Shown here piece by piece: positions 1 through 10,567 of a stretch of 64,000 nt of DNA. The DNA comes from Spirochaetia bacterium (GTDB lineage Bacteria > Spirochaetota > Spirochaetia > DSM-16054 > Sediminispirochaetaceae): NCBI GenBank assembly GCA_034520965.1, contig JAXHMY010000001.1:384001-448000 (forward strand), given 5' to 3'. The position numbers and the translations under genes were made by a program. A model generated the notes under the pieces. That model worked only from the letters and a program-made list of their open reading frames with translations, was not told the DNA's origin and searched no databases. The stretch's first letter is position 1. Every line of letters begins with the position of its first letter.

Positions 1-949
1 TTACCAACCAGTCTACTTCAGGACATGAAACCTCGAAGTTATCACGCAGGCTTTCATGGGAGCGGTGCATAAGCTTACCAAAGGCCGGTCCGTCGCCGGT
101 TTTCAACAGATGTTTTGCCTCTTTAACTCTTTCATTCTCCTGGACCACATGCATGCAAAGCCGTCGCGAGGATTCCGGAAGCAGCCCCATTCCCGCACGA
201 AGATCTTGACGGGTTAAATCTCGCAGCGATTTCTGCTGGTCCCGCTCACGTAAGAGCTCAACGCTGTCATTACAAATTTCGTACCGTTCCTCAAGCTCCT
301 CCTGTATTCCGGTCTGCTTTACACCGCTTTCAGTCAGTACAAAAATCATATCCTTAAAACTGAAAGGAACAAACTGGAAATCAAGACTCCGTAAATCGAT
401 AAACACCGCACTCCCCTCGCGGGAATAGAACGTAGTAAGCTGATCGGTGATCTTCTCGCGTTTACCGATAAAGGCGGTTTCGGAAAGATATGCCAGCTGT
501 ACCAGCTGGATATCTTGTAGATCCAGTTGGAAAGCCTCTCGTGTTGCAAGAGCTGCAGCAATTCCCAGAGCAGCTGACGACCCCAGCCCTACCTCCTTGG
601 GAATCACCCCCATAATACTGATATTCATCCCCTTGAAGGATGATCCCAACTGCATTATTTCGTAGAGAACACCCTTTAAGTAATTAGCCCAGCGGTCTTC
701 CCGTTTGTATTTCAAATTTGCGATAGTAGTCCGCTTTCGTTCATTAAGATCAACCGAATAAAAGCGTAAAGATGTGTCGTTTCTTTTTGAAATTGCAACT
801 TTTACGGATAAATGTAACCCAATTTGAAGTACATATCCATCATGAAAGTCAGTATGCTCCCCCATCAAGTTGACAACACCAGGGGCTTCAGCAATTACTT
901 TCGGTTCCTCTCCATATTCAGCTGCATGATGAGAGAAAATTTCATCCAT
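1..949 (-). CDS. galK: Galactokinase-like GHMP kinase; runs off the left edge; 2-3 small indels near the 5' end
   Basis: Manual translation gives APGVVNLMG-EHTDFHDGYVL, WANYLKGV, IPKEVGLGSSAA (GHMP loop) and SHESLRDNFEVSCPEVDWLV. ATG at 949. Not in the ORF track. Confidence 0.8.
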   Translation of the reverse strand, partial: MDEIFSHHAAEYGEEPKVIAEAPGVVNLMGEHTDFHDGYVLQIGLHLSVKVAISKRNDTSLRFYSVDLNERKRTTIANLKYKREDRWANYLKGVLYEIMQLGSSFKGMNISIMGVIPKEVGLGSSAALGIAAALATREAFQLDLQDIQLVQLAYLSETAFIGKREKITDQLTTFYSREGSAVFIDLRSLDFQFVPFSFKDMIFVLTESGVKQTGIQEELEERYEICNDSVELLRERDQQKSLRDLTRQDLRAGMGLLPESSRRLCMHVVQENERVKEAKHLLKTGDGPAFGKLMHRSHESLRDNFEVSCPEVDWLV

Positions 950-1016
950 TTATTTACCTTAATCCCATATTTATTGGGTCACTCTCATCTTAAAAGAAAA
1001 ACACTTTGAATGCAAC

Positions 1017-1052
1017 AAAAAAAGGCCACTGGGACAAATTGCCCAATGGCCT
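1017..1052 (-). terminator. Intrinsic terminator after rpmE
   Basis: aggccactggg...cccaatggcct hairpin followed by T7 on the minus strand. Confidence 0.7.
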
Positions 1053-1077
1053 CTCATGATACAATGTAACTCGACTT

Positions 1078-1278
1078 CTACTTGATGCCGTATTTGCGTT
1101 TGAAACGCTCAACACGTCCGGCGGTGTCAACAAGCTTCTGCTTACCGGTAAAAAACGGATGGCACTGTGAGCAAATTTCAACCTCAATGTCTTTAGCTGT
1201 GGAACGAGTCTGGATCTCGTTTCCACATGCACACCGGATAGTAGTGAGTTCGTATTTGGGATGAATTCCCGCTTTCAT
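1078..1278 (-). CDS. rpmE: 50S ribosomal protein L31, zinc-binding (C+) type
   Basis: MKAGIHPKY...CACG...[36 protein letters not shown] before ATG 1278. Confidence 0.97.
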   Translation of the reverse strand: MKAGIHPKYELTTIRCACGNEIQTRSTAKDIEVEICSQCHPFFTGKQKLVDTAGRVERFKRKYGIK

Positions 1279-1511
1279 AATACTCCTCCCTGGTGCTAAT
1301 AAGAAAATTGCTGAGAGCAATTTTCATTGTTTCGGTTGCCGCAAAGCGGCATGTGAAACTATTTATAAGATATTCTCTGCCCGAGATTAAAATCCCACAG
1401 AAAATCTCTTTTCAAACTTATACTAAAATAGCCTAACAGAGTGTAATATAACATATTACACTTACAAATTCCAGTCTTGCTTACATTGCGTACGTAGTAA
1501 GTGGGTATCGT

Positions 1512-3294
1512 TTATTGTCCTGCCGTAGTGGTGTTCATCGAGCGTAAAAAGGCTTCATTAGTTTTGGTTTTACGCATTCTATCCACCAGCATCTCAATAA
1601 TCTCCATATCATCCATGGGATTGATTACTTTACGCAATACCCACATTTTGTTGAGTTCCTCTTCGGTAAGCAGAAGTTCTTCTTTTCGTGTTCCCGAGCG
1701 TTTGATATTGATAGCCGGGTACACCCGACGATCAGCCATTCGGCGATCAAGCTGGATTTCCATATTTCCGGTTCCTTTGAACTCTTCAAAAATAACTTCA
1801 TCCATCCGCGAGCCTGTGTCTACCAGTGCGGTGGCAACTATAGTCAAGCTGCCTCCGTTTTCGGTGTTACGGGCCGCACCGAAGAAGCGCTTCGGCTTGT
1901 GCAGGGCGTTTGAATCAACACCTCCGGAGAGAATCTTGCCGCTGGTAGGAACCGTCTGGTTATAGGCTCGGGCTAAGCGGGTAATTGAATCGAGCAAAAT
2001 AACTACGTCATGTTTGTGTTCTACTAATCTTTTAGCCTTCTCAATAACCATTTCGGCTACCTGTACATGGCGACTCGCCTGTTCGTCGAAAGTCGATGCA
2101 ATAACCTCGCCGTTTACACTGCGGCGCATATCCGTAACCTCTTCCGGACGTTCATCGATCAACAGCACTATTAAAAACACATCGGGATGATTGGTGGTAA
2201 TTGCATTGGCAATCTTCTGCATTAGGATAGTTTTACCGGTTCGCGGAGGGGAGACAATCAGGCCACGCTGCCCTTTTCCGATCGGGCAGAACAGGTTGAT
2301 CATCCTGGTCGAGGTGTCTCCGCTTGTCAACTCCATGTCGAAACGCTCCATGGGGTATAGAGGGGTAAGATTATCAAAGGGAACCCTTGTTTGTGCAACC
2401 GAAGGGTCGTCAGAGTTTACAAACTCGACTCTCAGCATCGCAAAAAAGCGCTCTCCCTCTTTAGGCGGGCGAATCTGGCCACCAACCGTATCACCAGTGC
2501 GCAGGTTAAACAGACGTATCTGTGACGGGGAAATATAGATATCATCTGGCCCGGGCAAATAACTATTCTGGGGTGAACGCAGAAAACCATAGCCATCCGG
2601 CAGAATTTCAAGCGAACCATAGGCGTGTATCTGCCCGCCCTGTTGGGTATGGGCTTTAAGAACAGAAAAAATGAGGTCCTGTTTTTTCATCGACACCATG
2701 GTGTCGCGATTCAATCCTTCCTGACTGGCAAAATCACGCAGCTGAGGAACCGACATCTTCGAAAGTTCATTGATGCTCAGTTTGCCGACCAAATTATTCT
2801 CTTTGCTATTCTCTTTGCTATTCTCTTTCTGCTTGTCCGAAGACTTGTTTCTATCGGAGTTATGCCCCTGACGGTTATCTCTTCCGGAATTTCTACTTTT
2901 AGATTTTCGTTTGTTAATTCCCTGATTCTTAATGAGTTCATCCGCCGAGGGAATATCCTGGTTATCATCAACCACAGGCTTGCCGAGTACTGCTTTGAGC
3001 GCTTTCGGCACTTGCAGCGCTTTCGGCGGCTTGGTTTCCTTCTTCCTGCTCAGATTCATTATTATCTTTGATTAGTTCTACCCGAACTTTCTTCTTTCTG
3101 GGCCGTTTTTTCTGGTGTCCAGAGTTAGATCCATTTTGAGATGCAGTTTGAGTACCGCTATCCGTCTCGTAGTTAGTCATACTATCCTCACTTTCAGTTT
3201 CCTGATTTTTTCTATTTTGGGTATCAGTATCACCCTGAGTGTTTTCGTCTTCATCAAAATTGAGTGATTCTTGTTTTTTTCCGTTTTCAGCCAT
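1512..3294 (-). CDS. rho: Transcription termination factor Rho with a long polar N-terminal extension; one frameshift near 2990
   Basis: [35 protein letters not shown] and [10 protein letters not shown] motifs. Upstream ORF 2968-3294 has a GGAG RBS and overlaps in another frame. Confidence 0.95.
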
Positions 3295-3515
3295 CAGAAA
3301 ACTCCGTTTATCTGGGTTTTATATATGATGTTTGGGTCGAGAACCTTCAGATAGTACATACATATGAAAGTCCTTATATTGCCGAAAAACTAATTATCTA
3401 TGCTGTATTTGATTAGTTTTTCTAAAGGCTTTGGGAATATCCAAAATCTTTGTTTTTCGATATTCCCTTATGTAAAAAATTTTGTTCTTTGTACGGAGGT
3501 TGTTTTAAGACAGAC

Positions 3516-4793
3516 TCAACTATAGTGCCAGTACTGCACCATGTCAAGGCTTTCCGGTTTCCGTACCATTATCTCCGTCAATAACAGGGCCGCTACTGCA
3601 GCTCGTCGTCGAACAATATCTCTACGGCTGCCGAATGTAAAATGAAAGGCCCTTGAATGAATAGTCCGTTGCTTAGTCCGCCGCGAGACAGCTATCCACA
3701 CAGTACCTACCGGTTTTTCCGTGGTGCCCCCCGAGGGTCCTGCTATTCCCGATACAGCTACCGATACATCGGCAGTACTCTTTTCTAAAGCACCCTCCGC
3801 CATTTCTAGTACCGCAGGCTCCGAAACCGCGCCGCTTGTCTCTAATGTACTGTGGCCAACTCCCACTGCACTCTGCTTGGCTTTATTATCATAAGTAATA
3901 AAACCTCCCCAGTAGCCTTCCGAACTCCCGGGAATATTGGTTATTAGGGCACCGATTATGCCACCCGTACACGACTCAACACTCGCCAGTTGCGCCTCAG
4001 CCTGCTTCAAAGTTTCAAGCAGTAATGCAGCTGCCTCATTATCTCCTCTGCGTACCAAAGCTTCGCCGAACTCATGCTGAAGTTTATCTATAAACTCTTC
4101 ACGCTGCTGTGACGTACCGCCTACGAGGTACAAACTAATCCGGTGTGCCTGGAAGCGGGTTCTCCATTGAACCTCGGGTACACTACGGCCGGTTTTCAAG
4201 CAGGCATCTTCAAGCATCGCCTCCGGTATAAGAAAGCAACTGACTTCTGTCTCGGCCTGGGCGTTTAACTGCAGCTGTTCAACCAGCACCGGCCGCAGTA
4301 AATGCTGAAACAATGGTTCAAGCTCACGCGGAGGGCCCGGCAGGGCTGCTATTAGACAGCTGTTAACCTTTCCCCAGATACCGGGAGCGGTTCCGTTTGC
4401 ATTCGGTAACACCTGAAACCCTTCAGGTACCATTGCCTGCTTGCGGTTGGCTTCAGCTTTTGAAAGACCATAGCGGCTTTTTAGTTCTTCCCACAAAACA
4501 TTATCGAACAAAAGGGAAATTCCCGCAGCCTCTGAAATAGCTTCACGGGTCAAGTCATCACTGGTCGGCCCTAAACCTCCGGTTATCAACACTAACCCGT
4601 GCGTCTCCACCAGCGTACGCACGGCTGGGATTACTTCCGGTTCATCTTGCATGAGCCAAATTCTCTTGACCTGCACACCCATAGCACTTAATTCGGAGGC
4701 AAGGAATCTACCATGTGTATCCTGGATAACCCCAGAAGTTATTTCGGTTCCCAATGACAAAATTGCTGCAGTTAGTGTAGGTATATTAGGCAC
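3516..4793 (-). CDS. cinA: CinA family protein (MocF-like domain plus PncC NMN deamidase domain)
   Basis: GTEI, TGGLGPTSDDLT, NGTAPG, LPGPPRE; C-terminal ESCTGG and SGIAGP. Confidence 0.92.
   Translation of the reverse strand: MPNIPTLTAAILSLGTEITSGVIQDTHGRFLASELSAMGVQVKRIWLMQDEPEVIPAVRTLVETHGLVLITGGLGPTSDDLTREAISEAAGISLLFDNVLWEELKSRYGLSKAEANRKQAMVPEGFQVLPNANGTAPGIWGKVNSCLIAALPGPPRELEPLFQHLLRPVLVEQLQLNAQAETEVSCFLIPEAMLEDACLKTGRSVPEVQWRTRFQAHRISLYLVGGTSQQREEFIDKLQHEFGEALVRRGDNEAAALLLETLKQAEAQLASVESCTGGIIGALITNIPGSSEGYWGGFITYDNKAKQSAVGVGHSTLETSGAVSEPAVLEMAEGALEKSTADVSVAVSGIAGPSGGTTEKPVGTVWIAVSRRTKQRTIHSRAFHFTFGSRRDIVRRRAAVAALLLTEIMVRKPESLDMVQYWHYS
3519..3547 (-). promoter_or_regulatory. Sigma70-type promoter for rho, inside the 3' end of cinA
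   Basis: TTGACA-17 nt-TATAGT on the minus strand. Confidence 0.7.
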
Positions 4794-5199
4794 TGCTTAC
4801 CGTTTTCTTCAAGGTATCCACCGAAGCTGAAAAGATATCGACGGTATCCGGATCTTTTATCATCTCGCATTTTCCTTCAAAACTTACTCCGTCGGATATG
4901 CGAAGTTTGCTTGTTTTCACATTACCTGCCAATGTGCACGTTTCGAGCATTTCAACCTTTTCTTTGGCAATTATATTGCCCTCAACATGGCCGGCAATGA
5001 CCACTGTAGTTGCTTTAATATCGGCCACTACATGGGCTCCCTCTTCTATAAACAGGACTCCTGAGGATTCAATCTCTCCCTCAAAATACCCATCTATTTT
5101 CAAGGCGTCTGAGAAAGTGAGCTTTCCGAAAAGTCGTGTTGTAGTGCCCAGTACTGTAGTAAACTCTTTTTCTTTTCGTCGACTATAACTTCGTGCCAT
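4786..5199 (-). CDS. Bactofilin (polymer-forming cytoskeletal protein)
   Basis: LKIDGYFEGEI, VVIAGHVEGNI, LAGNVKTSKLRISDGVSFEGKC beta-helix pattern. Confidence 0.88.
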   Translation of the reverse strand: MARSYSRRKEKEFTTVLGTTTRLFGKLTFSDALKIDGYFEGEIESSGVLFIEEGAHVVADIKATTVVIAGHVEGNIIAKEKVEMLETCTLAGNVKTSKLRISDGVSFEGKCEMIKDPDTVDIFSASVDTLKKTVSSA

Positions 5200-5278
5200 T
5201 TCTTAGTCTACCTAATTAAAATTACCATTAAACGTAATTTTAAATATGTGTTGATCAGATTTTCCTTTTGCAATGGTA

Positions 5279-5500
5279 TTACTTAGTTTTCATCACAAAC
5301 ACCCCATCCCAATCTTCGGGAGGAGGATTTTCAATATAATGTTTACAGCGAGCATAATACACTTTAGAAGGCCCGTCTTCAGGATCAACTTTAAGGGCTT
5401 TTGCAAAAAAATCTTTAGCTGCCTCAAAATTCATCAATTTGTACTGTTTTCGTCCTTCCGCAAAGAGGTTGAGGACCTCTTGTTTACTCTCGGCTATCAA
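5279..5500 (-). CDS. Small TPR-like protein resembling the C-terminal tail of class III nucleotide cyclases
   Basis: FAEGRKQY...FEAAKDFFAKAL.VDPEDGPSKVYYARC...PPPEDWDGVFVMKTK; overlaps the stop of the upstream regulator. Confidence 0.75.
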   Translation of the reverse strand: MIAESKQEVLNLFAEGRKQYKLMNFEAAKDFFAKALKVDPEDGPSKVYYARCKHYIENPPPEDWDGVFVMKTK

Positions 5501-6247
5501 CCTTTACCTCTTTCATACTATCTTCATGTTCCTGAAGCTGTATAAAATGTTCCTGCAGTTTTGAATCAAGTTCACGCAGGGCCTGTTCGTCGTCACGGGC
5601 ATTGACGTCTTTTAATTTAAGCTCATCGATGTCTTGCTCTAACTTTTCTATCGAAGTTCTCACTCCGGAAACTTGTTCTTTTACAAACTTTATAAACTCG
5701 TCCTTTTCGGACGCCCTTTTCTCATCTGTGGAAACCTCATTAGCTTTTGCTTCAACCTGCGCTATCGGTTCTTTAAGATTATTCAAAAAATCAATGAATG
5801 TAGTCGAAATTTTTTCAGACAAATCAATCCTTCGCTGTTTTAGCTCCATCCGGTCGGACATTCTTCGACTACGCAGAACTGCACGTATCCTGGCTAACAC
5901 TTCAGAAAAATTAAAGGGCTTGGTAATGTAATCCTCCACCCCAAGTTCAAATCCTTCAACCTTATCCTTTACATCGTCCATTGCCGAAAACATAATAATT
6001 GGTATGTTTCTATAATCGCTGTAGGTCTGATCTTTCTTTAACAGCCGTGTTACCTGCCAACCGGATAATTTCGGCATAACGTTATCTAATATAATAAGAT
6101 CAGGGTTATATCCGGTAACCTTCTCCAAAGCATCTTCACCGTCTTCTGAAGTAAGGACCTCAAACCCAAGTTTACCCAACATCAGTTGAAAAAATCTAGA
6201 TTTACTGGTTCATCATCTACAATTAGGATCTTTGTCTTTTCTTCCAT
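5484..6247 (-). CDS. Response regulator (REC domain plus helical C-terminus); one indel near 6190
   Basis: KILIVDDEPVN in the upstream frame from ATG 6247; LIILDNVMP; DYITKPF. Confidence 0.88.
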
Positions 6248-6278
6248 ATCTTCATCTTCCTATAGAAATCCACAGTTG

Positions 6279-7892
6279 TCAATCATCTCTGCGAGGAACT
6301 ATACGAACTACAATTCCTGAAAGAAGCACAAGGCCGGACAAAACAATCGCAATAACCGGGAAATAATTTCCCCAACGAGTGTAAGGTGTAGTACGTTCGG
6401 TGTATATCGGTACCGAACTAATCATATAATCCCGCACAAAGGGGTCCATCATATCAATGATCCGCCCATCAGGGTCTATAGTGGCGGTCATTCCTGAATT
6501 CGTACCCCTGACTAAACTTCGACGGTTCTCAATAGCCCTGAAGACAGCCATTCCAAGGTGCTGCATTTGTGATGCCACCGACCCCGACCAGGAATCGTTG
6601 GTCATATTTACAATTACTTCGGCCCCTTCGCGAACAAACCGTCGCGAAATATATCCAAATACATCCTCAAAGCAGATGGGAGTAGAAAATTTTACTCCTC
6701 CCACCTCAAACACGGTATACTCCGTCCCCTCTTCCCAAAAATGATAATCCTTTTCCAAGAGTAATTGATAAAACCTTGGAAAAATATGACCATAGGGAAA
6801 GTGTTCCGTAAAGGGAACTAAGTGGGTTTTCCGGTAGGTTTCCTTAAGCTCATTTTCGTGATACAGCAGGACCGCATTATAATCTACCCGATTATAACTT
6901 CCATCCGCTGCAACCGGCGGCAGGTTTGGATCGGCAAGCTGCCCGTCATCGTTTCCGGTTAAGAAGGGTACCGATTGGCCCTGCATAAACTCACGAAAAT
7001 CTCTAACAAGTGCATACCTATCCCCATCGGTGCGGTATTTCGTATGCCAGTCGACACCAGGAACAAAAGCAGTTTCAGACCAGATTACAATTTCCGGATT
7101 ATGCTCTAATGCCTGCTCGCTGAGCGTTTTCAGGCTGTCCAGATTTCTCCGGTATGTGCGTACCCCTCCCGCCCAGGTATCGGCATTGTGCTGAATCAAT
7201 GCAACTTTCCATTGCTGATGATCTGAGTAATCCTGTTGTACGGCAACACCATAGATTAAAGTAATAAGCATTAACCCGGCATATCCACCGAGTTCGAGCT
7301 TATGGAGCATGATAAAGCCGCGCAGACCTTGAAGTCCATCTTTTATCGCGTTACCTATATAAGCGGAAAAGAACACTACCAGCGCTGATACACCCCAAAA
7401 GCCGGTGAGTGCGGATATTTGTATAAAAGGAATAAACTGGTACTGGGAATATCCAATATTTCCATAGGGATATCCTAAATATCCCTTTGATCTTAGGTAC
7501 TCATACCCAATCCATATCAATACTTGAATAAGATATCCGTACCGTGGGAATAGTGTATCCGCCAGTTTCAGTAGAGGAAACACAATAAGAAAGTATACCG
7601 CATAAATTGTGGGCACAATTAGAATCGCGAGTGGATGAAATGTCGATAACCAGAAGTTAAACAGGGCATACGAAAGGAATCCGTACAGCACACCGTACAC
7701 TGCAATTAATTTCCAGCTGCTGCGGTGTACTAATACAAATACAGGAACCAGGGCGATAAAAGCAAGTGCTCCAAAGCCCTCCTCCGATACAAAACTGGGA
7801 AAAGACAGAGCAAACAGAAGAGCTCCGCCTACTAATAAAACTAACTAATCTCAATTTTTTTGCCTGCAATTTTTTTGACGGTCGGTTTCCAT
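6279..7892 (-). CDS. lnt: Apolipoprotein N-acyltransferase; 5' part frameshifted, start approximate
   Basis: IVIWSETA, YRKTHLVPFTE, TPICFED, NMTNDSW, RAIENRR catalytic motifs; hydrophobic N-terminal part. Confidence 0.9.
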
Positions 7893-7946
7893 GAAGCTTG
7901 TGCTGATAATGCCGTTTTCACTTTAAGAGTTCCAATGCCGAAAGGT

Positions 7947-8255
7947 TTATTTTTCACTCCGTAGAGGCCATGCAAGCTGCTTAAGCTCTTTTCCAGGACG
8001 AAATACAGCTACCCCATGGGTGTCGACCGGTACAATTTCGCCGGTCTTGGGGTTTCGAGCCTTCTCACGTCCCTTGCGGGTACGAATTTCAAAAGTTCCA
8101 AAACCCCTTAACTCAATTACTCGATCGTCCTGAAGAGCTTCTTTAAGCTCTTCGAAAAACTCATCGATGACATCGTGAATCTCATTACGACTCACACTCA
8201 GCTTTTCATGGATCTGATCGATAATTTCTGCCTTTGTCAATTTATTTCTATCCAT
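7947..8255 (-). CDS. HU/IHF family DNA-binding protein (spirochaete Hbb-like)
   Basis: IELRGFGTFEIR...ARNPKTGE...VFRPGKELK. Confidence 0.93.
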   Translation of the reverse strand: MDRNKLTKAEIIDQIHEKLSVSRNEIHDVIDEFFEELKEALQDDRVIELRGFGTFEIRTRKGREKARNPKTGEIVPVDTHGVAVFRPGKELKQLAWPLRSEK

Positions 8256-8279
8256 GATCCGCCTCTCATCTTAAAAATA

Positions 8280-8549
8280 TTACGATTGTACCTTTAATGA
8301 ATTCAGCTTCTTCCGCATGCGCGATTTTGTCCGCGCTGCAGCGTTTTTATGAAAAACGCCTTTTCTCGATACTCGATCAATAAGCCGTTCTGCCTCAGCA
8401 TACGCCTTTTGTGCATCTTCCGGGTTATTGCCTTTTACTGCTAACTGAAATTTTCTTTGAGCCGTTCTTACTCCGCTGCGTGCAGCACGGTTACGCAATC
8501 TGCGTTTCAAATTCTGTCGTTGTCTTTTTTCTGCTGATAGTCCTGCCAA
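8280..8549 (-). CDS. rpsT: 30S ribosomal protein S20
   Basis: SAEKRQRQNLKRRLRN...KGVFHKNAAARTKSR; TTG start after GGAGG. Confidence 0.93.
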   Translation of the reverse strand: MAGLSAEKRQRQNLKRRLRNRAARSGVRTAQRKFQLAVKGNNPEDAQKAYAEAERLIDRVSRKGVFHKNAAARTKSRMRKKLNSLKVQS

Positions 8550-8616
8550 GCGCCTATCCTCCATTCTATATAAATAATTATAAGTAAATCTTGTTCCAAT
8601 TTATCTGCGGTAGCAC

Positions 8617-8645
8617 AAGCTACCAAATTACTTCAGTACTGTCAA
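8617..8645 (-). promoter_or_regulatory. Sigma70-type promoter for rpsT-HU
   Basis: TTGACA-17 nt-TAGCTT with extended TG. Confidence 0.6.
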
Positions 8646-9590
8646 GTAATTATATCATCAATCTTTACATTCCAATAGCGGGAAGTTTCATTCCAGCTGA
8701 AGTTTTCTTCCGGTACATCAAGAGTCCTTCCATCCCTAGACTGAAGCCTAATCCTTTTAGCAAGAATGTTCACTTCTGTTACCTTGAAATCGTCGTTTTT
8801 CACTCGAATTCGGTTACCCTCTTGGGGCAGACGGTTTTTCTCTTCCTTGTAAAAGTCATATTCATAGGCTAAACAGCAGAGCAGCCGTCCACAGGGGCCT
8901 GAAATTTTCATAGAATTGAGTGAAAGGTTCTGTTCTTTGGCCATTTTTATGGAAACCGGATTTAGCTTGTCCGTCACCCCATTGCAGCAATAATCCCGGC
9001 CGCATACGGCCAAACCGCCCAGTACCCTGGACTCGTCTCTTACTCCGATCTGCCGCAGTTCGATCCGCATCTTAAACACCGCCACTAGGTCCTTCACCAG
9101 TTCACGGAAATCTACCCGGGCATCGGCTGTAAAAAAGAACAGAATTTTCGGCTCATCAACCATATAATGCGCCGCTACCAGCTTCATATCTAAATTATGA
9201 TTCTTAATCTTTTCCCGGCAGATATCCAATGCTTCTGCCTCTTTTTCGAGGTTTTTCTCATATTCACTTATATCCTGGCTGGAGGCACGACGGGAGACCT
9301 CCTCGACGTCCTTCATGTCATAGTTCTCGACATGCTTGATATGACCAAGCACATAGGCAAGGTCTTTTCCATAACGACCGGGCACCACCAGATAATCGCC
9401 CTTCTCAAAAACTTCGCTCAAGGGATTAGTATGAATCGTGTTCTCCATCCAGCGAACAAATTTTACCAGCAGTACTTTAGAGCTGTTCTGAACCTGTTCT
9501 TCAGACAGATGTGCAGTACCCTTCCACCACCTTTTCGCTGGAGCCCTCCTGTTCGGCACCATTCATAGACTGGATATCATTATCGCTCAT
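8642..9590 (-). CDS. PSP1-domain protein (RicT/YaaT family); 5' indel
   Basis: FTADARVDFRELVKDL, RIELRQIGVRDE, CGRDYCC, SGPCGRLLCCLAYE. Confidence 0.9.
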
Positions 9591-9603
9591 GCGTAAAACT
9601 CCT

Positions 9604-10098
9604 TTAATGCAGTAAATCTACTATCATGCCATTAATTTCTTCTACACGTTTTAAAATGTCAAGTTGTGTAAATTGGCTCTGCAAAATTCCGGAAGCAAGC
9701 TGCTCCAGTCTTTCATTGACCACTTTGATGATAGTAAACTTCTTTTGCTTCTTCAATGGATGGTAATGTGCACCTTCGATCTGTTCAGCTTCCAGGGCGT
9801 GCTTTGAAATATACTGTAGAAAATCGCTTACCGCCTTTCGATAGTCCTTTATATTGCCCAGAGAAGGACTTTCCTTCAACTGCTCGCCACTGCTGTGCAG
9901 CTGATCAACCAGCTCTTCTATATCCGCATCAATATGCGCCGGATATTTACCACCCACCGGGGACAATTGCCGTTCCTGCTGTTCCGAGACAATCCTAGAA
10001 AAATGAGGCACTCCTTCAGATGATTGTGTCTTTTCCTTTGACGGGGTATTCCTGGGCCATTTAAAACGATTGTTTTTTAAAGGATCGATTGGTTCCAT
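9604..10098 (-). CDS. YaaR/DUF327 family protein
   Basis: GEQLKESPSLGNIKDYRKAVSDFL...LDILKRVEEINGMIVDL. Confidence 0.8.
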   Translation of the reverse strand: MEPIDPLKNNRFKWPRNTPSKEKTQSSEGVPHFSRIVSEQQERQLSPVGGKYPAHIDADIEELVDQLHSSGEQLKESPSLGNIKDYRKAVSDFLQYISKHALEAEQIEGAHYHPLKKQKKFTIIKVVNERLEQLASGILQSQFTQLDILKRVEEINGMIVDLLH

Positions 10099-10550
10099 TA
10101 GCCGGATTTATAAAGGGGGTTGTAGCGATCGATCGATTGCTCGGCTGTATCTTGTGAATATGAGGAATCTGAATAGTCGGTTTCTTGATTTTTCTGTTTT
10201 TCTTGAAAACTGAGTATTTTACAGCGCCCGTTCAACACAACGCCGTCTTCGACCATTAAGCGAGGCGTAGTAACATTGCCGAGCACCATTCCGGTTGAAA
10301 GAACAACCACCTTTTCAGTGGAGTAAATATCGCCTTTCACAACCCCGCCGACTACTACAGTACCGGCATGGATCGAACATTCCGCCCGTCCGTTACGACC
10401 AATTAGTACTTTATCGGCCTTTTCGATATTCCCTCGAAAATCACCATCTATGCGGAATAATCCACTCATAGAGATGTCACCTGAAAATGAGGCTCCCTCT
10501 CCAATAATAGAATTGATAAATACACCATTTAAGTCTAGTTGTTCACTCAT
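10098..10550 (-). CDS. Bactofilin
   Basis: NSIIGEGASFSGDI, RIDGDFRG, VVVGGVVKGDI, GNVTTPRLMVEDGVVLNG. Confidence 0.9.
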   Translation of the reverse strand: MSEQLDLNGVFINSIIGEGASFSGDISMSGLFRIDGDFRGNIEKADKVLIGRNGRAECSIHAGTVVVGGVVKGDIYSTEKVVVLSTGMVLGNVTTPRLMVEDGVVLNGRCKILSFQEKQKNQETDYSDSSYSQDTAEQSIDRYNPLYKSG

Positions 10551-10567
10551 GAGTTTTCCGTATTAAT

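Noticed and set aside
1440..1462. Zur box upstream of rpmE
   Set aside because: Only partial resemblance to known Zur boxes, and this L31 is the zinc-binding form, whereas Zur typically controls the Cys-less paralogue.
2968..3059. Programmed frameshift in rho (and similarly in rplB)
   Set aside because: No slippery heptamer or stimulatory structure is seen, and similar indels occur throughout the window.
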